From Eledone cirrhosa (Eukaryota), in contig OZ024763.1 of assembly GCA_964016885.1 (NCBI GenBank), forward strand, positions 2,108,001 to 2,172,000: a DNA stretch of 64,000 nucleotides, given 5' to 3'. Positions 12,964 to 27,152 of this stretch are shown piece by piece (positions within the stretch are counted from its first letter, which is position 1; every line of letters begins with the position of its first letter). Both the position numbers and the translations under genes were made by a program. Below the pieces are notes generated by a model. That model saw nothing but the letters and a program-made list of their open reading frames with translations, was not told where the DNA came from and searched no databases.

Positions 12964-14230
12964 TGTATGTATGTATGTATGTATGTATGTATGTATGTAT
13001 GTATGTATGTATGTATGTATGTATGTATGTATGTATGTATGTATGTATGTATGTATGTATGTATGTATATGTATGTATGTATGTGTCTGTGTGCATGTAC
13101 GTATATATGTATATATACATATATATCTGTGTATATATGTACATATATATGTATATATGCATATATATCTGTGTATATATGTACATATATGTACGTATAT
13201 ATGTATATATACATATATAACTGTGTATATATGTACATATATATCTATATATGCATATATATCTGTGTATATATGTACATATATGTACGTATATATGTAT
13301 ATATACATATATAACTGTGTATATATGTACATATATATCTATATATACATATATATCTGTGTATATATGTACATATATATGTATATATGCATATATATCT
13401 GTGTATATATGTACATATATGTACGTATATATGTATATATACATATATATCTGTATATATGTATATATACATATATATCTGTGTATATATGTACATATAT
13501 GTACGTATATATGTATATATACATATATATCTGTGAATATATGTACATATATATGTATATATGCATATATATCTGTGTATATATGTACATATATGTACGT
13601 ATATATGTATATATGCATATATATCTGTGTATATACGTACATATATGTACGTATATATGCATATATACGTATATATCTTTGTATATATATGCATATATGG
13701 GCCTATATTTATATATATGTATGTATATATCATCATCATCATCAACGTTTAACGTCTATCTTCCAAGCCAGCATGGGTATGTATGTATGTATATATATAT
13801 ATATCTTTGTATATGTGTGTATTTATATATATTTATGTGTATATATATGTATATATATATATTTATGTGTATATATATATATATTTATGTGTATATATAT
13901 GTATATATATATATATATTTATATCTATATATATATATTTATGTGTGTGTATATATATATATATATATATCTTTGTATATGTGTGTATTTATATATATTT
14001 ATGTGTATATATACGTATATATATATATTTATGTGTATATATATATATATTTATGTGTATATATATGTATATATATATATATATATTTATGTGTATATAT
14101 ATATATATTTATGTGTATATATATATATATTTATGTGTGTATATTTATATATATATTTATGTGTGTGTATATATATATATATATATTTATGTATGTATAT
14201 ATATGTTTATGTGTATATATATGTTTGCGT
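10915..14230. repeat. GTG/GCT minisatellite followed by (TA)/(TATG)/(TG) compound microsatellites
   Basis: Periodicity is directly visible, including a long perfect (ATGT)n at ~12935-13065. Confidence 0.85.
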
Positions 14231-14496
14231 GTAGAACCTGGATTCGTAGAGTCTATAAGAACACTCCTGTATATATAGTACTCAGTATAGAAGTCAAAGC
14301 TAAACTCAGCGGGATTTGAACTCAAACTATAAAGGGCTGTAACACTATGCAGCAAAGCATGGTGTCCGACCCTCTACTCACTGTTTGGTTTGGGTTGGTT
14401 TTTGCTTCAGTATATTTTATATTTCTATAATTCAGCTGGCAATCAATATTTATCATTGATTTACGAACAATTAAAAATATAGATATAAATATAGTC

Positions 14497-14541
14497 TCAC
14501 AGAGTTCTTTCATCACACACCTGTGACATCATCAGTGATGT
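14497..14541 (-). ncRNA. Minimal type I hammerhead-like motif, family C
   Basis: acatca CTGATGA t gtcaca ggtg tgtgat GAAAG aa CTC tgtga; helix I is weak or bulged. Confidence 0.55.
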
Positions 14542-15145
14542 TATCATGTTTCCTCCCGTTGTATTGCTGTAATGTTTTCTTATTCTATTTTATTTATTTA
14601 TTGTTGTCTCTGTGTGTATTTACTGTTTGGTGTGTGCCCGTGCCCGAGTCTGTGTGTATGTATTCTACCTTTGGTCATGAGTGTGTTTTACTATATATTT
14701 CTGGCAATATTATAACAATATGACCCTCCTCAAATATAACAATATTTGTTATTTCATATACAAGATTTCATATCAAAGACGTTGCAAAACAAATTCATAT
14801 ATGTGTGTTTATGTATAGAACAATACATACATACACAATAAATTTCTACATACATATATATATATATGTATAGCTCTACACCTCATCACAGAAGTGAACC
14901 TAAACATCGAGTGCTCTCCCGGGTGAATCTGCAGTAACTCCTAGTTACACCCCCTGGATATATATACATATATATATAAATGTGTGTGTAGAGTAATATA
15001 CATATACACACACAATAAATTTTGTACATATATATATGTGTATGTGTATATAGAACAATATACACATGCACACACCAGAAACTTGAGCATTTCTACATAT
15101 ATATATATATATATTTAATGTATAATAAACAATACAATATAATTA

Positions 15146-15213
15146 CCACATTACCAGAGGTTTCTCGAATAAGACGAATACAAGAAATGTCTGCATTCGT
15201 TCGTCAGACAAGG
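15146..15213 (-). ncRNA. Type I hammerhead motif, family D, diverged
   Basis: ccttgt CTGACGA acgaatgcagac...gtcttattcga GAAAC ctctg GTA atgtgg; family D tail (agctctgtaacttacatagagcactctt) on the plus strand at ~15262. Confidence 0.6.
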
Positions 15214-15349
15214 CAATTTAAAACATGGTGAAATATTTGAAAAATCTCCTCAAAAATATTTAGCTCTGTAACTTACATAGAGCACTCTTCATTCCTCTGA
15301 CTTTTTCAACTTTCAACGGAAACTTGAAAACTTATTTAATTTTATTTTA

Positions 15350-15672
15350 TTTTACGTCCGCTTTTTCCCTGCTTGCAAGGGTGGGATGGGAACTGATTCT
15401 GGCTTGATTTCTACAGCTAGATGCCCTTCCTAACACCAACCTCATTTACAGTGAGTGCTGGGTGCTTTTTTGCCGTGGCACCTCCACGACCACTTTGCAG
15501 TGGAATGATAGGGACCCCAGTCCTATCATCTCATTTCTACAGCTGAGTAAACTGGAGCAATGTGAAATAAAGTGTCTTGCTCAAGGAAACAACACATCAC
15601 CCGATCTGAGAATTGAACTCACAACCTTTCGATTGCAAGGCCAATGCTCTAACCACTAAGCCATGTGCCTCC
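15350..15672 (-). mobile_element. tRNA-derived SINE family 2 (CORE-like box, RTE-type tail)
   Basis: Reverse complement of 26295-26700. Confidence 0.85.
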
Positions 15673-15710
15673 ACATGGCTATTAAATAATATATATATTA
15701 TTTAATGACA

Positions 15711-15985
15711 TAATAAACAACACAATATAATTATTCCATTACCAAAGGTTTCAGGAAACTAGACGATCCTAACAGAAACATCTGGCTCGTTCATCAGATT
15801 TTTTAAAAGAAACATAATTATTTCATCTGATGAACGGGTTGGACGTTTCTGTAAGGATCGTCTAGTTTCCTGAAACCTTTGGTAATGGAATAATTATATT
15901 GTGTTGATTATTACATAATTAAATAGCTCTGTAGCATACATAGAGCACTCTTCTTTTCTTTACCTTTTCTATGGAAATACTTAAC
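15711..15985. mobile_element. Palindromic Penelope-like pLTR remnant, family D (arms ~15711-15799 and 15825-15913, plus tail)
   Basis: Imperfect inverted repeat with a CTGATGA...GAAACctttgGTA core in each arm. Confidence 0.7.
15816..15895 (+). ncRNA. Type I hammerhead ribozyme motif, family D
   Basis: aattatttcat CTGATGA acgggttggacg...cgtctagtttcct GAAAC ctttg GTA atggaataatt; 11-bp helix I. Confidence 0.8.
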
Positions 15986-16050
15986 ATATATATGTGTGTG
16001 TGTGAGTGTGTATAGTACAATATACACATACACATAATATATTTCTACAT

Positions 16051-16090
<40 letters not shown>

Positions 16091-16384
16091 GCGTGTGTGT
16101 GTGTAGTACAATATACACATACACATAATATATTTCTACATACACACACACACATATATATGTGTGTGTATAACAGTGTAAAGAAGACAGAAGTGAGAGA
16201 TATGTTCTTAATTAGTTAATTGTTTTACAATCGTTTCAGAGGGTTGATTGATTATGATAGATCAATGTATTGGTTAGCAGGTAGTGGTTATGTCACTACC
16301 TGCTTCTAGACAGACCCTCCCTGCCACTGACAGCAACACCTGATCATGTCTTTCCTCTCACCACCCCTTCTGTAAAAATGGTGA

Positions 16385-16930
16385 CGGTATAGTTTTAAGA
16401 GAGAGGGGTCAGATTACCCCCGCCCCCCCCGACAAGGTATAGTTTTAAGAGAGAGGGGTCGGATTATCACTCCCCCCCCACAGACAAGGTATAGTTTTAA
16501 GAGAGAGGGGTTGGATTACCCCCCCCCCCCCGACAAGGTATAGTTTCAAGAGAGAGGGGTCGGATTATCACCCCACCCCCCACAGACAAGGTATAGTTTC
16601 AAGAGAGAGGGGTCGGATTATCACCCCACCCCCCACAGACAAGGTATAGTTTCAAGAGAGAGGGGTCGGATTATCACCCCCCCCACAGACAAGGTATAGT
16701 TTCAAGAGAGAGGGGTCGGATTATCACCCCACCCCCCACAGACAAGGTATAGTTTCAAGAGAGAGGGGTCGGATTATCACCCCCCCCACAGACAAGGTAT
16801 AGTTTCAAGAGAGAGGGGTCGGATTATCACCCCCCCCACAGACAAGGTATAGTTTTAAGAGAGAGAGAGAGGGGTGAAATTAAAACCCCCTCCAGACAGG
16901 GTACAGTTTTAAGAGGGAGGGGTGGGATTA
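16385..16930. repeat. Minisatellite, ~45-49-bp unit
   Basis: cagacaaggtatagtttcaagagagaggggtcggattatcacccc(n), about 11 copies with a variable C-run. Confidence 0.9.
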
Positions 16931-17415
16931 ACAACCACTTCTGTTCAAAGACAAAAAAAAAAAAACCCCTACATCTTGTATTGAAACTATACAAGGACCA
17001 CCATGTGTGTGGAATATTGCAGTAGGAAGTGATGATAAAGAGTGAGGTAAAGATATATATATATATACATCCATACACATATACACGCATACATGCACAC
17101 ACACACACATATATATATATTTACATCCATACACACACACACACATATATATATATATAGGCTTACATATGCATATATATATATATATATAATATATATA
17201 TGCATATATATATAGGCAGACATATGCGTATGTATATCTATGTATATATATATATTATATATATATAATATATATATGCATATATATATATAGGCAGACA
17301 TATGCATATGTATATCTATATATATAATATATATATGCATATATATATATATAGGCATACATATGCATATGTATATATGTATATCTATATATATAATATA
17401 TATGCATAATATATA

Positions 17416-17503
<88 letters not shown>

Positions 17504-17520
17504 TATATATATATATATAT

Positions 17521-17561
<41 letters not shown>

Positions 17562-17755
17562 TATATATATATATATATACACACAATCAACATATGTATT
17601 ATATATATATACACACACAATCAACATATGTATAAAAATATGTTGCAATACACTGCAGCCTTTCAAGAAAGATATGAAGAGAGCAAGGACATATGCATAT
17701 TTATGTGCATATATCTTCATACATAATGGAACAGCAAGTCCAGAACATTCTTAGA

Positions 17756-17794
<39 letters not shown>

Positions 17795-17864
17795 GTTTGT
17801 GTGTGTATATATATACATACATATATACGTTTGTGTGTATAAATATACACACACAAACACACAT

Positions 17865-17915
<51 letters not shown>

Positions 17916-18167
17916 TTTGTGTTTATGTATACATGTGTGTTTGTATATGTATATGTATATGTATGTGTATGTATGTATATCATCATCATCATCATCATCA
18001 TCATCGTTTAACGTCCATTTTAAACGATGATGATGATGATGATGATATACATACATACACATATATATATACATATACATATACATACACACATGTATAC
18101 ATAAACATATTTATATATATACGTATATATGTGTGTGTATGTATATATATGTGTGTGTGTGAGTATG

Positions 18168-18202
<35 letters not shown>

Positions 18203-18555
18203 GTGTGTGTGTGTGTATGTATATATGTGTATATATATATATCTATGTATGTGTGTATGTATATATGTATATACACACACATATATGTATGTGTGTATGT
18301 ATATATGTATATACACACACATATATGTATGTGTGTATGTATATATGTATATACACACACATATGTATATATATATATATATGTGTGTGTATGTATATAT
18401 GTATATATATATGTGTGTGTGTGTATGTATATATGTATATATATATATGTGTGTATGTATATATGTATATATATATATGTGTGTGTGTGTGTATGTATAT
18501 GTATATATGTATGAATGTGAGTGTATATAGATACATGTATGTGTATATGTATGTA

Positions 18556-18588
<33 letters not shown>

Positions 18589-18771
18589 CTGTGTATATAT
18601 TTATATGTGTGTGTATGTGTAAGTGTGTACATATATATATGTATGTGTGTATGTATATATGTATATATATATATATGTGTGTATGTATATATGTATATAT
18701 GTATATATATGTGTGTGTGTATATGTATATGTGTGAGTGTATATAGATACATGTATGTGTATATGTATGTA

Positions 18772-18804
<33 letters not shown>

Positions 18805-19739
18805 CTGTGTATATATTTATGTGTGTGTGTGTGTATGTGTAAGTGTGTACATATATATAAACCATATTTTATAAAACCTACTTCCCTCGAAGAAGGTTTT
18901 CCACATCAGTGACTCCTGCATTGGCTAATCAATGGGGCAATCCATTCTACAAAGGTGCCAGGGGGGTGGAAGGTAGTTGCTTTGAAGCCTACGGTATGGT
19001 CTGTGGGTGTGGGGAGATTGGAAACCTATTTGGTTTGGAGCGGAAGCAAGATATGGAAGGTGTTTGATGTGTATGTAGTGGGGTCAGGGGCTCGTGCCGA
19101 TGGTATGAAAGGGACAATAGAATATTATTCCACCCAGCCTCACCCCCCTCACATCCATATATATATATATATATATATTGTAACCTCACCCTCCCCACCT
19201 TAGAGGCATGTTTTGATATATGGAATAAAGAAATTGGAGTCACGGTGGTATTGGTGGTGGTGCATATGGTGATTGCAGTGTTGCATATGGTGGTAGTGGT
19301 GTTGTCGGTGGAAGTGGTGGTGGTGTGCATGGTGGTGGTGGTGGTGGTGGTGCATTTGTTGGCTGTTATGTTGCATATGGTGATTGCACTGTTGCCTGTT
19401 GTAGTGGTGGGGGTGATGGTGTTACATATGATGGTGGTGGTGGTGGAGATGCACATTGTCATGTTTGCGTTGTTTATCGATGGTGCTGGCGGTAGCAGTG
19501 GTGTTGCACCAGATAATGTTGTTTATTGCAGTGTTGCACATTCTGGTGCTTCAGGAGTTTTGAATTTAGATGCAGTTTCCAACAAGTATTGCATAGTCAA
19601 TCAAAAATTCTCAACTATTATATATATATATATATATACACACACATATATATATATATATATACATATATATACATATAAATTATATATATTTATATAT
19701 ATATATATATATATATACATACAGTTTTAATATAGATGA

Positions 19740-19788
19740 GATTCTACAGGACTAGAACTGTTTCATTCTTTAGAAATCATCAGGAATC
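19740..19788 (-). ncRNA. Type I hammerhead ribozyme motif, family B (left arm)
   Basis: Exact reverse complement of 19802-19850. Confidence 0.8.
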
Positions 19789-19801
19789 TGTCTATGTCAG
19801 T

Positions 19802-19850
19802 GATTCCTGATGATTTCTAAAGAATGAAACAGTTCTAGTCCTGTAGAATC
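19802..19850 (+). ncRNA. Type I hammerhead ribozyme motif, family B (right arm)
   Basis: gattc CTGATGA t ttc taaa gaa t GAAACAG ttctagtc CT GTA gaatc; predicted cleavage after 19845. Confidence 0.8.
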
Positions 19851-19933
19851 TCATCTATATTAAAACTTTTATACTCTGCAATGTATTGAGTACCTTACTT
19901 ACTGTGGTTACCTCCGATACGACCCGGAATAAC

Positions 19934-19972
<39 letters not shown>

Positions 19973-20115
19973 CACACACATATACAATAATTATAATGAA
20001 TCAGACAATTAGATATCGCCTAGGATCACCGATTATATATATATATCATCATCATCATCATCATCATCATCTTCGTTTAACGTCCATTTTCCACGCTAAC
20101 ATGGGTTAGACGGTC

Positions 20116-20154
<39 letters not shown>

Positions 20155-20529
20155 CATACATACATATTTTAATAAAAAGGTGATTGGGTCCTTTCCAATG
20201 TCTTCAACATTAGAAATGAATAGAAAGAGGGGTTAAATGTGTTGATTAGTAAAATAAAACTATTGTGTGTTGAATAACATTATTGTACGGCTGAGTAAGC
20301 AAGGACAGACAACTTTAACCATTTCTGCACTATTGAACTTCTTCAGTAGATATATTATATAGCATAATTGAATTATATACAATATAGTATGATATGAAAT
20401 TACATTAGATTATGACATCTAAATTTCTAATAGTTTAATTATCAGCAAATATTGATATTTCTCAGTGAAGCAATTTAGTTGATAATGAAGCTATATCTAC
20501 TGAAGTATGATTGTAATTACTGAATTCAA

Positions 20530-23500
20530 TAAACCTTCTGTTGTTACTATATTTCTAATGAAAGACACTGTCTATGTCATTAACCCTTTCATTACCATAT
20601 TTCTAATGAAAGACACTGTCTATGTCATTAACCCTTTCATTACTATATTTCTAATGAAAGACACTGTCTATGTCATTAACCCTTTCATTACTATATTTCT
20701 AATGAAAGACACTGTCTATGTCTTGAACCTTTCATTACCATATTTCTAATGAAAGACACTGTCTATGTCTTGAACCTTTCATTACCATATTTCTAATGAA
20801 AGACACTGTCTATGTCATTAACCCTTTCATTACTATATTTCTAATGAAAGACACTGTCTATGTCATTAACCCTTTCATTACTATATTTCTAATGAAAGAC
20901 ACTGTCTATGTCTTGAACCTTTCATTACCATATTTCTAATGAAAGACACTGTCTATGTCATTAACCTTTCATTACCATATTTCTAATGAAAGACACTGTC
21001 TATGTCATTAACCTTTCATTACCATATTTCTAATGAAAGACACTGTCTATGTCTTGAACCTTTCATTACCATATTTCTAATGAAAGACACTGTCTATGTC
21101 ATTAACCCTTTCATTACCATATTTCTAATGAAAGACACTGTCTATGTCTTGAACCTTTCATTACCATATTTCTAATGAAAGACACTGTCTATGTCATTAA
21201 CCTTTCATTACCATATTTCTAATGAAAGACACTGTCTATGTCTTGAACCTTTCATTACCATATTTCTAATGAAAGACACTGTCTATGTCATTAACCCTTT
21301 CATTACCATATTTCTAATGAAAGACACTGTCTATGTCATTAACCTTTCATTACCATATTTCTAATGAAAGACACTGTCTATGTCTTGAACCTTTCATTAC
21401 CATATTTCTAATGAAAGACACTGTCTATGTCTTTAACCCTTTCATTACCATATTTCTAATGAAAGACACTGTCTATGTCTTTAACCCTTTCATTACTATA
21501 TTTCTAATGTAAGACACTGTCTATGTCATTAACCCTTTCATTACCATATTTCTAATGAAAGACACTGTCTATGTCATTAACCCTTTCATTACCATATTTC
21601 TAATGAAAGACACTGTCTATGTCTTTAACCCTTTCATTACCATATTTCTAATGAAAGACACTGTCTATGTCATTAACCCTTTCATTACCATATTTCTAAT
21701 GAAAGACACTGTCTATGTCATTAACCTTTCATTACCATATTTCTAATGAAAGACACTGTCTATGTCTTGAACCTTTCATTACCATATTTCTAATGAAAGA
21801 CACTGTCTATGTCATTAACCCTTTCATTACCATATTTCTAATGAAAGACACTGTCTATGTCATTAACCTTTCATTACCATATTTCTAATGAAAGACACTG
21901 TCTATGTCTTGAACCTTTCATTACCATATTTCTAATGAAAGACACTGTCTATGTCTTTAACCCTTTCATTACCATATTTCTAATGAAAGACACTGTCTAT
22001 GTCATTAACCCTTTCATTACCATATTTCTAATGAAAGACACTGTCTATGTCATTAACCTTTCATTACCATATTTCTAATGAAAGACACTGTCTATGTCTT
22101 GAACCTTTCATTACCATATTTCTAATGAAAGACACTGTCTATGTCATTAACCCTTTCATTACCATATTTCTAATGAAAGACACTGTCTATGTCATTAACC
22201 CTTTCATTACCATATTTCTAATGAAAGACACTGTCTATGTCTTTAACCCTTTCATTACTATATTTCTAATGAAAGACACTGTCTATGTCATTAACCCTTT
22301 CATTACCATATTTCTAATGAAAGACACTGTCTATGTCATTAACCCTTTCATTACCATATTTCTAATGAAAGACACTGTCTATGTCTTTAACCCTTTCATT
22401 ACTATATTTCTAATGTAAGACACTGTCTATGTCATTAACCCTTTCATTACTATATTTCTAATGAAAGACACTGTCTATGTCTTGAACCTTTCATTACCAT
22501 ATTTCTAATGAAAGACACTGTCTATGTCTTTAACCCTTTCATTACTATATTTCTAATGAAAGACACTGTCTATGTCATTAACCCTTTCATTACCATATTT
22601 CTAATGAAAGACACTGTCTATGTCATTAACCCTTTCATTACCATATTTCTAATGAAAGACACTGTCTATGTCTTTAACCCTTTCATTACTATATTTCTAA
22701 TGTAAGACACTGTCTATGTCATTAACCCTTTCATTACTATATTTCTAATGAAAGACACTGTCTATGTCTTGAACCTTTCATTACCATATTTCTAATGAAA
22801 GACACTGTCTATGTCTTGAACCTTTCATTACCATATTTCTAATGAAAGACACTGTCTATGTCTTTAACCCTTTCATTACTATATTTCTAATGAAAGACAC
22901 TGTCTATGTCTTGAACCTTTCATTACCATATTTCTAATGAAAGACACTGTCTATGTCTTGAACCTTTCATTACCATATTTCTAATGAAAGACACTGTCTA
23001 TGTCATTAACCCTTTCATTACTATATTTCTAATGAAAGACACTGTCTATGTCTTGAACCTTTCATTACCATATTTCTAATGAAAGACACTGTCTATGTCT
23101 TGAACCTTTCATTACCATATTTCTAATGAAAGACACTGTCTATGTCTTGAACCTTTCATTACCATATTTCTAATGAAAGACACTGTCTATGTCTTTAACC
23201 CTTTCATTACTATATTTCTAATGAAAGACACTGTCTATGTCTTGAACCTTTCATTACCATATTTCTAATGAAAGACACTGTCTATGTCTTGAACCTTTCA
23301 TTACCATATTTCTAATGAAAGACACTGTCTATGTCTTTAACCCTTTCATTACTATATTTCTAATGAAAGACACTGTCTATGTCTTGAACCTTTCATTACC
23401 ATATTTCTAATGAAAGACACTGTCTATGTCTTGAACCTTTCATTACCATATTTCTAATGAAAGACACTGTCTATGTCATTAACCCTTTCATTACTATATT

Positions 23501-24328
23501 TCTAATGAAAGACACTGTCTATGTCTTGAACCTTTCATTACCATATTTCTAATGAAAGACACTGTCTATGTCTTGAACCTTTCATTACCATATTTCTAAT
23601 GAAAGACACTGTCTATGTCATTAACCCTTTCATTACTATATTTCTAATGAAAGACACTGTCTATGTCTTGAACCTTTCATTACCATATTTCTAATGAAAG
23701 ACACTGTCTATGTCTTGAACCTTTCATTACCATATTTCTAATGAAAGACACTGTCTATGTCTTTAACCCTTTCATTACCATATTTCTAATGAAAGACACT
23801 GTCTATGTCATTAACCCTTTCATTACCATATTTCTAATGAAAGACACTGTCTATGTCATTAACCCTTTCATTACCATATTTCTAATGAAAGACACTGTCT
23901 ATGTCATTAACCCTTTCGTTACCATATTTCTAATGAAAGACACTGTCTATGTCATTAACCCTTTCATTACTATATTTCTAATGAAAGACACTGTCTATGT
24001 CATTAACCCTTTCATTACCATATTTCTAATGAAAGACACTGTCTATGTCATTAACCCTTTCGTTACCATATTTCTAATGAAAGACACTGTCTATGTCTTG
24101 AACCTTTCATTACCATATTTCTAATGAAAGACACTGTCTATGTCATTAACCCTTTCGTTACCATATTTCTAATGAAAGACACTGTCTATGTCTTTAACCC
24201 TTTCATTACCATATTTCTAATGAAAGACACTGTCTATGTCTTTAACCCTTTCATTACCATATTTCTAATGAAAGATGCTATGTCTTTAACCCTTTCATTA
24301 CCATATTTCTAATGAAAGACACTGTCTT
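20530..24328. repeat. Satellite array, 47/48-bp unit, about 80 copies
   Basis: ttaaccctttcattaccatatttctaatgaaagacactgtctatgtca, with variants gtcttgaacctttc, gtctttaaccctttc and gtcattaacctttc. Confidence 0.95.
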
Positions 24329-24408
24329 TTAGAATATTTTAGAATAATTAAAAAAATTATGAAGAATTTTGAGAGATTTAGTAATAAAACTAACTTTCTA
24401 ATTATTAA

Positions 24409-24606
24409 CCCTTTAGTATTTAAACTGGTCAGAATTCTCTCACTTCTTTCTGTTCAAACCAACTGTAACCAGTCATTCTTACCAGCGATAAGGTATTGTT
24501 CTCAAAATAAATAATATCAAAATCTCATAATTGTGAGATAATTATGTAAGATAAAGCCTTTACCATGAAAATATAATAATAAATATAGAGTAATGTAAAT
24601 TCTAAA
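24409..24606. mobile_element. Second copy of the TTAA MITE, right end degenerate
   Basis: ttaaccctttagtattt...aggtattgttctcaaaataaata...aaagcctttaccatgaaaat matches 2375-2596. Confidence 0.65.
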
Positions 24607-24711
24607 CCTTTCATTACCATATTTCTCATAAAAGACACTGCCTATGACTCAAATAATTTTGAAAATAATCAGGAATTTGGAGGATTTAGTAATATTATTA
24701 TACAACTAAGT

Positions 24712-25350
24712 AGGGTGGTGGTTTGGTAGTATCGGTAGAGCGTCAGGCACCATGCTTTGCAGCATAGAGTTATCACCCTTTGCGTTCTGAGTTCAAATCC
24801 GCCGAGGTTAACTTTGTCTTTCATCCTTATGGGGCTGATAAAATAAAGTACCAGTAATGTACTGGGTAATTGCTGGCCTTGTGCCAATAGTAGAAACAAT
24901 TATTATACAAGCTGAGGTTAACTTTGCCTTTCATCCTTACGAGGTCAATAAAATAAAGTACCAGTAATGTACTGGGTAATTGCTGGCCTTGTGCCAATAG
25001 TAGAAACAATTATTATACAAGCTGAGGTTAACTTTGCCTTTCATCCTTACGAGGTCAATAAAATAAAGTACCAGTAATGCACTGGGTAATTGCTGGCCTT
25101 GTGCCAATAGTAGAAACAATTATTATACAAGCTGAGGTTAACTTTGCCTTTCATCCTTACGAGGTCGATAAAATAAAGTACCAGTAATGCACTGGGGAAT
25201 ATCACTGGCCTTGTGCCAATAGTAGAATCATTATTATACAAGCCGAGGTTAACTTTGCCTTTCATTCTTACTGGGTCGTTAAATTAAGTACCAGTAATGT
25301 ACTGGTATAACTGCTGGCCTTGTGCCAAAAGTAGAAGCAATTATTATACA
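24712..25350 (+). mobile_element. SINE family 1 with its 3' half tandemly repeated (110-bp period, 5 units)
   Basis: aaataaagta recurs at 24841, 24951 and 25061. Confidence 0.85.
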
Positions 25351-26294
25351 ACTAACTTTTTTACCAGTATCCATTTCATTAGCATATATTTCATGAAAGA
25401 CATTGCCTATGTTTTTACAATAATTTTGAAAATACTCAAGAATTTGGAGGGACTTGGTAATATAACTTTCTCACAATTTCCTGTCTTGGTACCATATTTC
25501 TAATGAAAGAAGCTGCCTATCACTTTCAAATAATTTTGAAAATAATGAAAAATATTTTCGGATGGTGACGTAACGAAGAAGGTTTTGGGGTGTTTTTGTT
25601 GTTGTTGTTGTTGTTGTTGTGGTGGCCTTGTTGATGTTGTTATTGTTGTTGATGGTGGAGGTAGTGGTGGTGGTGGTGGTGTTGATGGTGGTGCTGGTGT
25701 TTGTTGTTGATGAAGGTGGTGTTTGCTGCTGCTGTTGCTGTTGTTGTTATTGTTGTTGTTGTTGTTGATGGTGCTTACTGTTGGTGTTGGTGGTGGTTGT
25801 GTTTGCTGTTGTTGATGGTGGTGGGGGTGCTTGCTGGTGCTGTTGTAGTTGATAAAGGTGGGTGTTCCCCCTGTCGGTCGTTTCCTTCACCACCACCACC
25901 ACGCCCCAGCCCACCACCACGCCCCAGCCCCACCACCACGCCCCAGCCCCACCACCACGCGCCAGCCCCACCACCACGCCCCAGCCCCACCCTCCATATT
26001 CAATTTGTTTTAATGAGACCTTTGATCTACATCTTATGAGAATACTTGTGTGTGTCTTAGGAAATGCCTGTATTTATGAAATAATATATTTTGTGAAATG
26101 ACATCTATAAAAGTGTCCATCCTTCCTTGCTTCCTTCCTGAGACATGTTCACTTCACTCATATAGCTTGCATTATTGATGTATCATATAATCTTTCTAGT
26201 TTCCTGTCTTTGTTTTTACATATTTGGGTCAGCTCAACTCTTTACTTCTGTTGTCCTCAATTGCGTAACAGCGAAAATATATTTATAATTTTAT

Positions 26295-26700
26295 GCAGGC
26301 ACATGGCTTAGTGGTTAGAGCATTGGCCTTGCAATCGAAAGGTTGTGAGTTCAATTCTCAGACCGGGTGATGTGTTGTTTCCTTGAGCAAGACACTTTAT
26401 TTCACATTGCTCCAGTTTACTCAGCTGTAGAAATGAGATGATAGGGACTGGGGTCCCTATCATTCCACTGCAAAGTGGTCGTAGAGGTGCCACGGCAAAA
26501 AAAGCACCCAGCCCACACTGCAAAGTACTGCAAAGTGGACGTGGAGGTGCCACGGGAAAAAAAGCACCCAGCACTCACTGTAAATGAGGTTGGTGTTAGG
26601 AAGGGCATCCAGCTGTAGAAATCTAGCCAGAACCAGTTCCCGTCCCACCCTTGCAAGCAAGGAAAAGCGGATGTAAAATAATGATGATGATGATGATGAT
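26295..26700 (+). mobile_element. Full-length tRNA-derived SINE family 2 with RTE-type tail
   Basis: A box tggcttagtgg, B box gagttcaattc, CORE-like ccttgagcaagacacttta; ends cgtcccacccttgcaagcaaggaaaagcggatgt...(gat)n. Confidence 0.85.
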
Positions 26701-26756
26701 ATATGAATATATTATATATTTTCTGTGGAAATTCAGTATGTATAGATCAGAGATGC

Positions 26757-26900
26757 TTCTTCTTCTTGTTGTCATGTCCACAAGAGTGCCAGTTACAAAG
26801 ACTGTTGTACAGGGGTGTTCCAGCAGGGGGCATATGAGGAGGTGTTGCGTAGTCTGTGGTTCAATGCCACAGTAACACACAATGTCCCCATCCTTTAAAT
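26757..26900 (-). mobile_element. RTE-X-like LINE 3' end (zinc-knuckle-like motif)
   Basis: Encodes LKDGDIVCYCGIEPQTTQHLLICPLLEHPC; ends ggacatgacaacaagaagaag. Confidence 0.6.
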
Positions 26901-26994
26901 ATGAATGTGTATGTGTATATATATATATATATATATATACTTTCACTCGTGTAGGACACCTCGGTTATTTTTCATTTTGTAAAAAAAACCTCAC

Positions 26995-27093
<99 letters not shown>

Positions 27094-27152
27094 TAAAAAA
27101 ATAATGAATAAAACAAAGAAACAGTTCCTTATATTAAACAAAAAAAGTTCAT

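Larger units (their letters stand above)
19723..19937. mobile_element. Palindromic Penelope-like pLTR remnant, family B (66-bp arms 19723-19788 and 19802-19867, plus tail)
   Basis: Perfect inverted arms with a 13-nt spacer, (TA)n flanks, tail shared with 10691-10770. Confidence 0.75.

Noticed and set aside
16299-16375. Minus-strand exon-like segment (tttttacAG...CAG|GTAGTG)
   Set aside because: Stop codons occur in all three frames and there is no recognisable peptide. Similar weak candidates at ~1820, ~17660, ~18900, ~36100 and ~51553 were also unsupported.
20530-24328. CRISPR-like regular array and repetitive ORFs (MKDTVYVINPFITIFL)n
   Set aside because: There are no unique spacers and no cas genes, the context is eukaryotic, and 47-bp units break the frame. 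It is a satellite.
26295-26370. Possible tRNA gene (A and B boxes)
   Set aside because: No convincing cloverleaf; it continues into a SINE body and RTE-type tail and has multiple copies.
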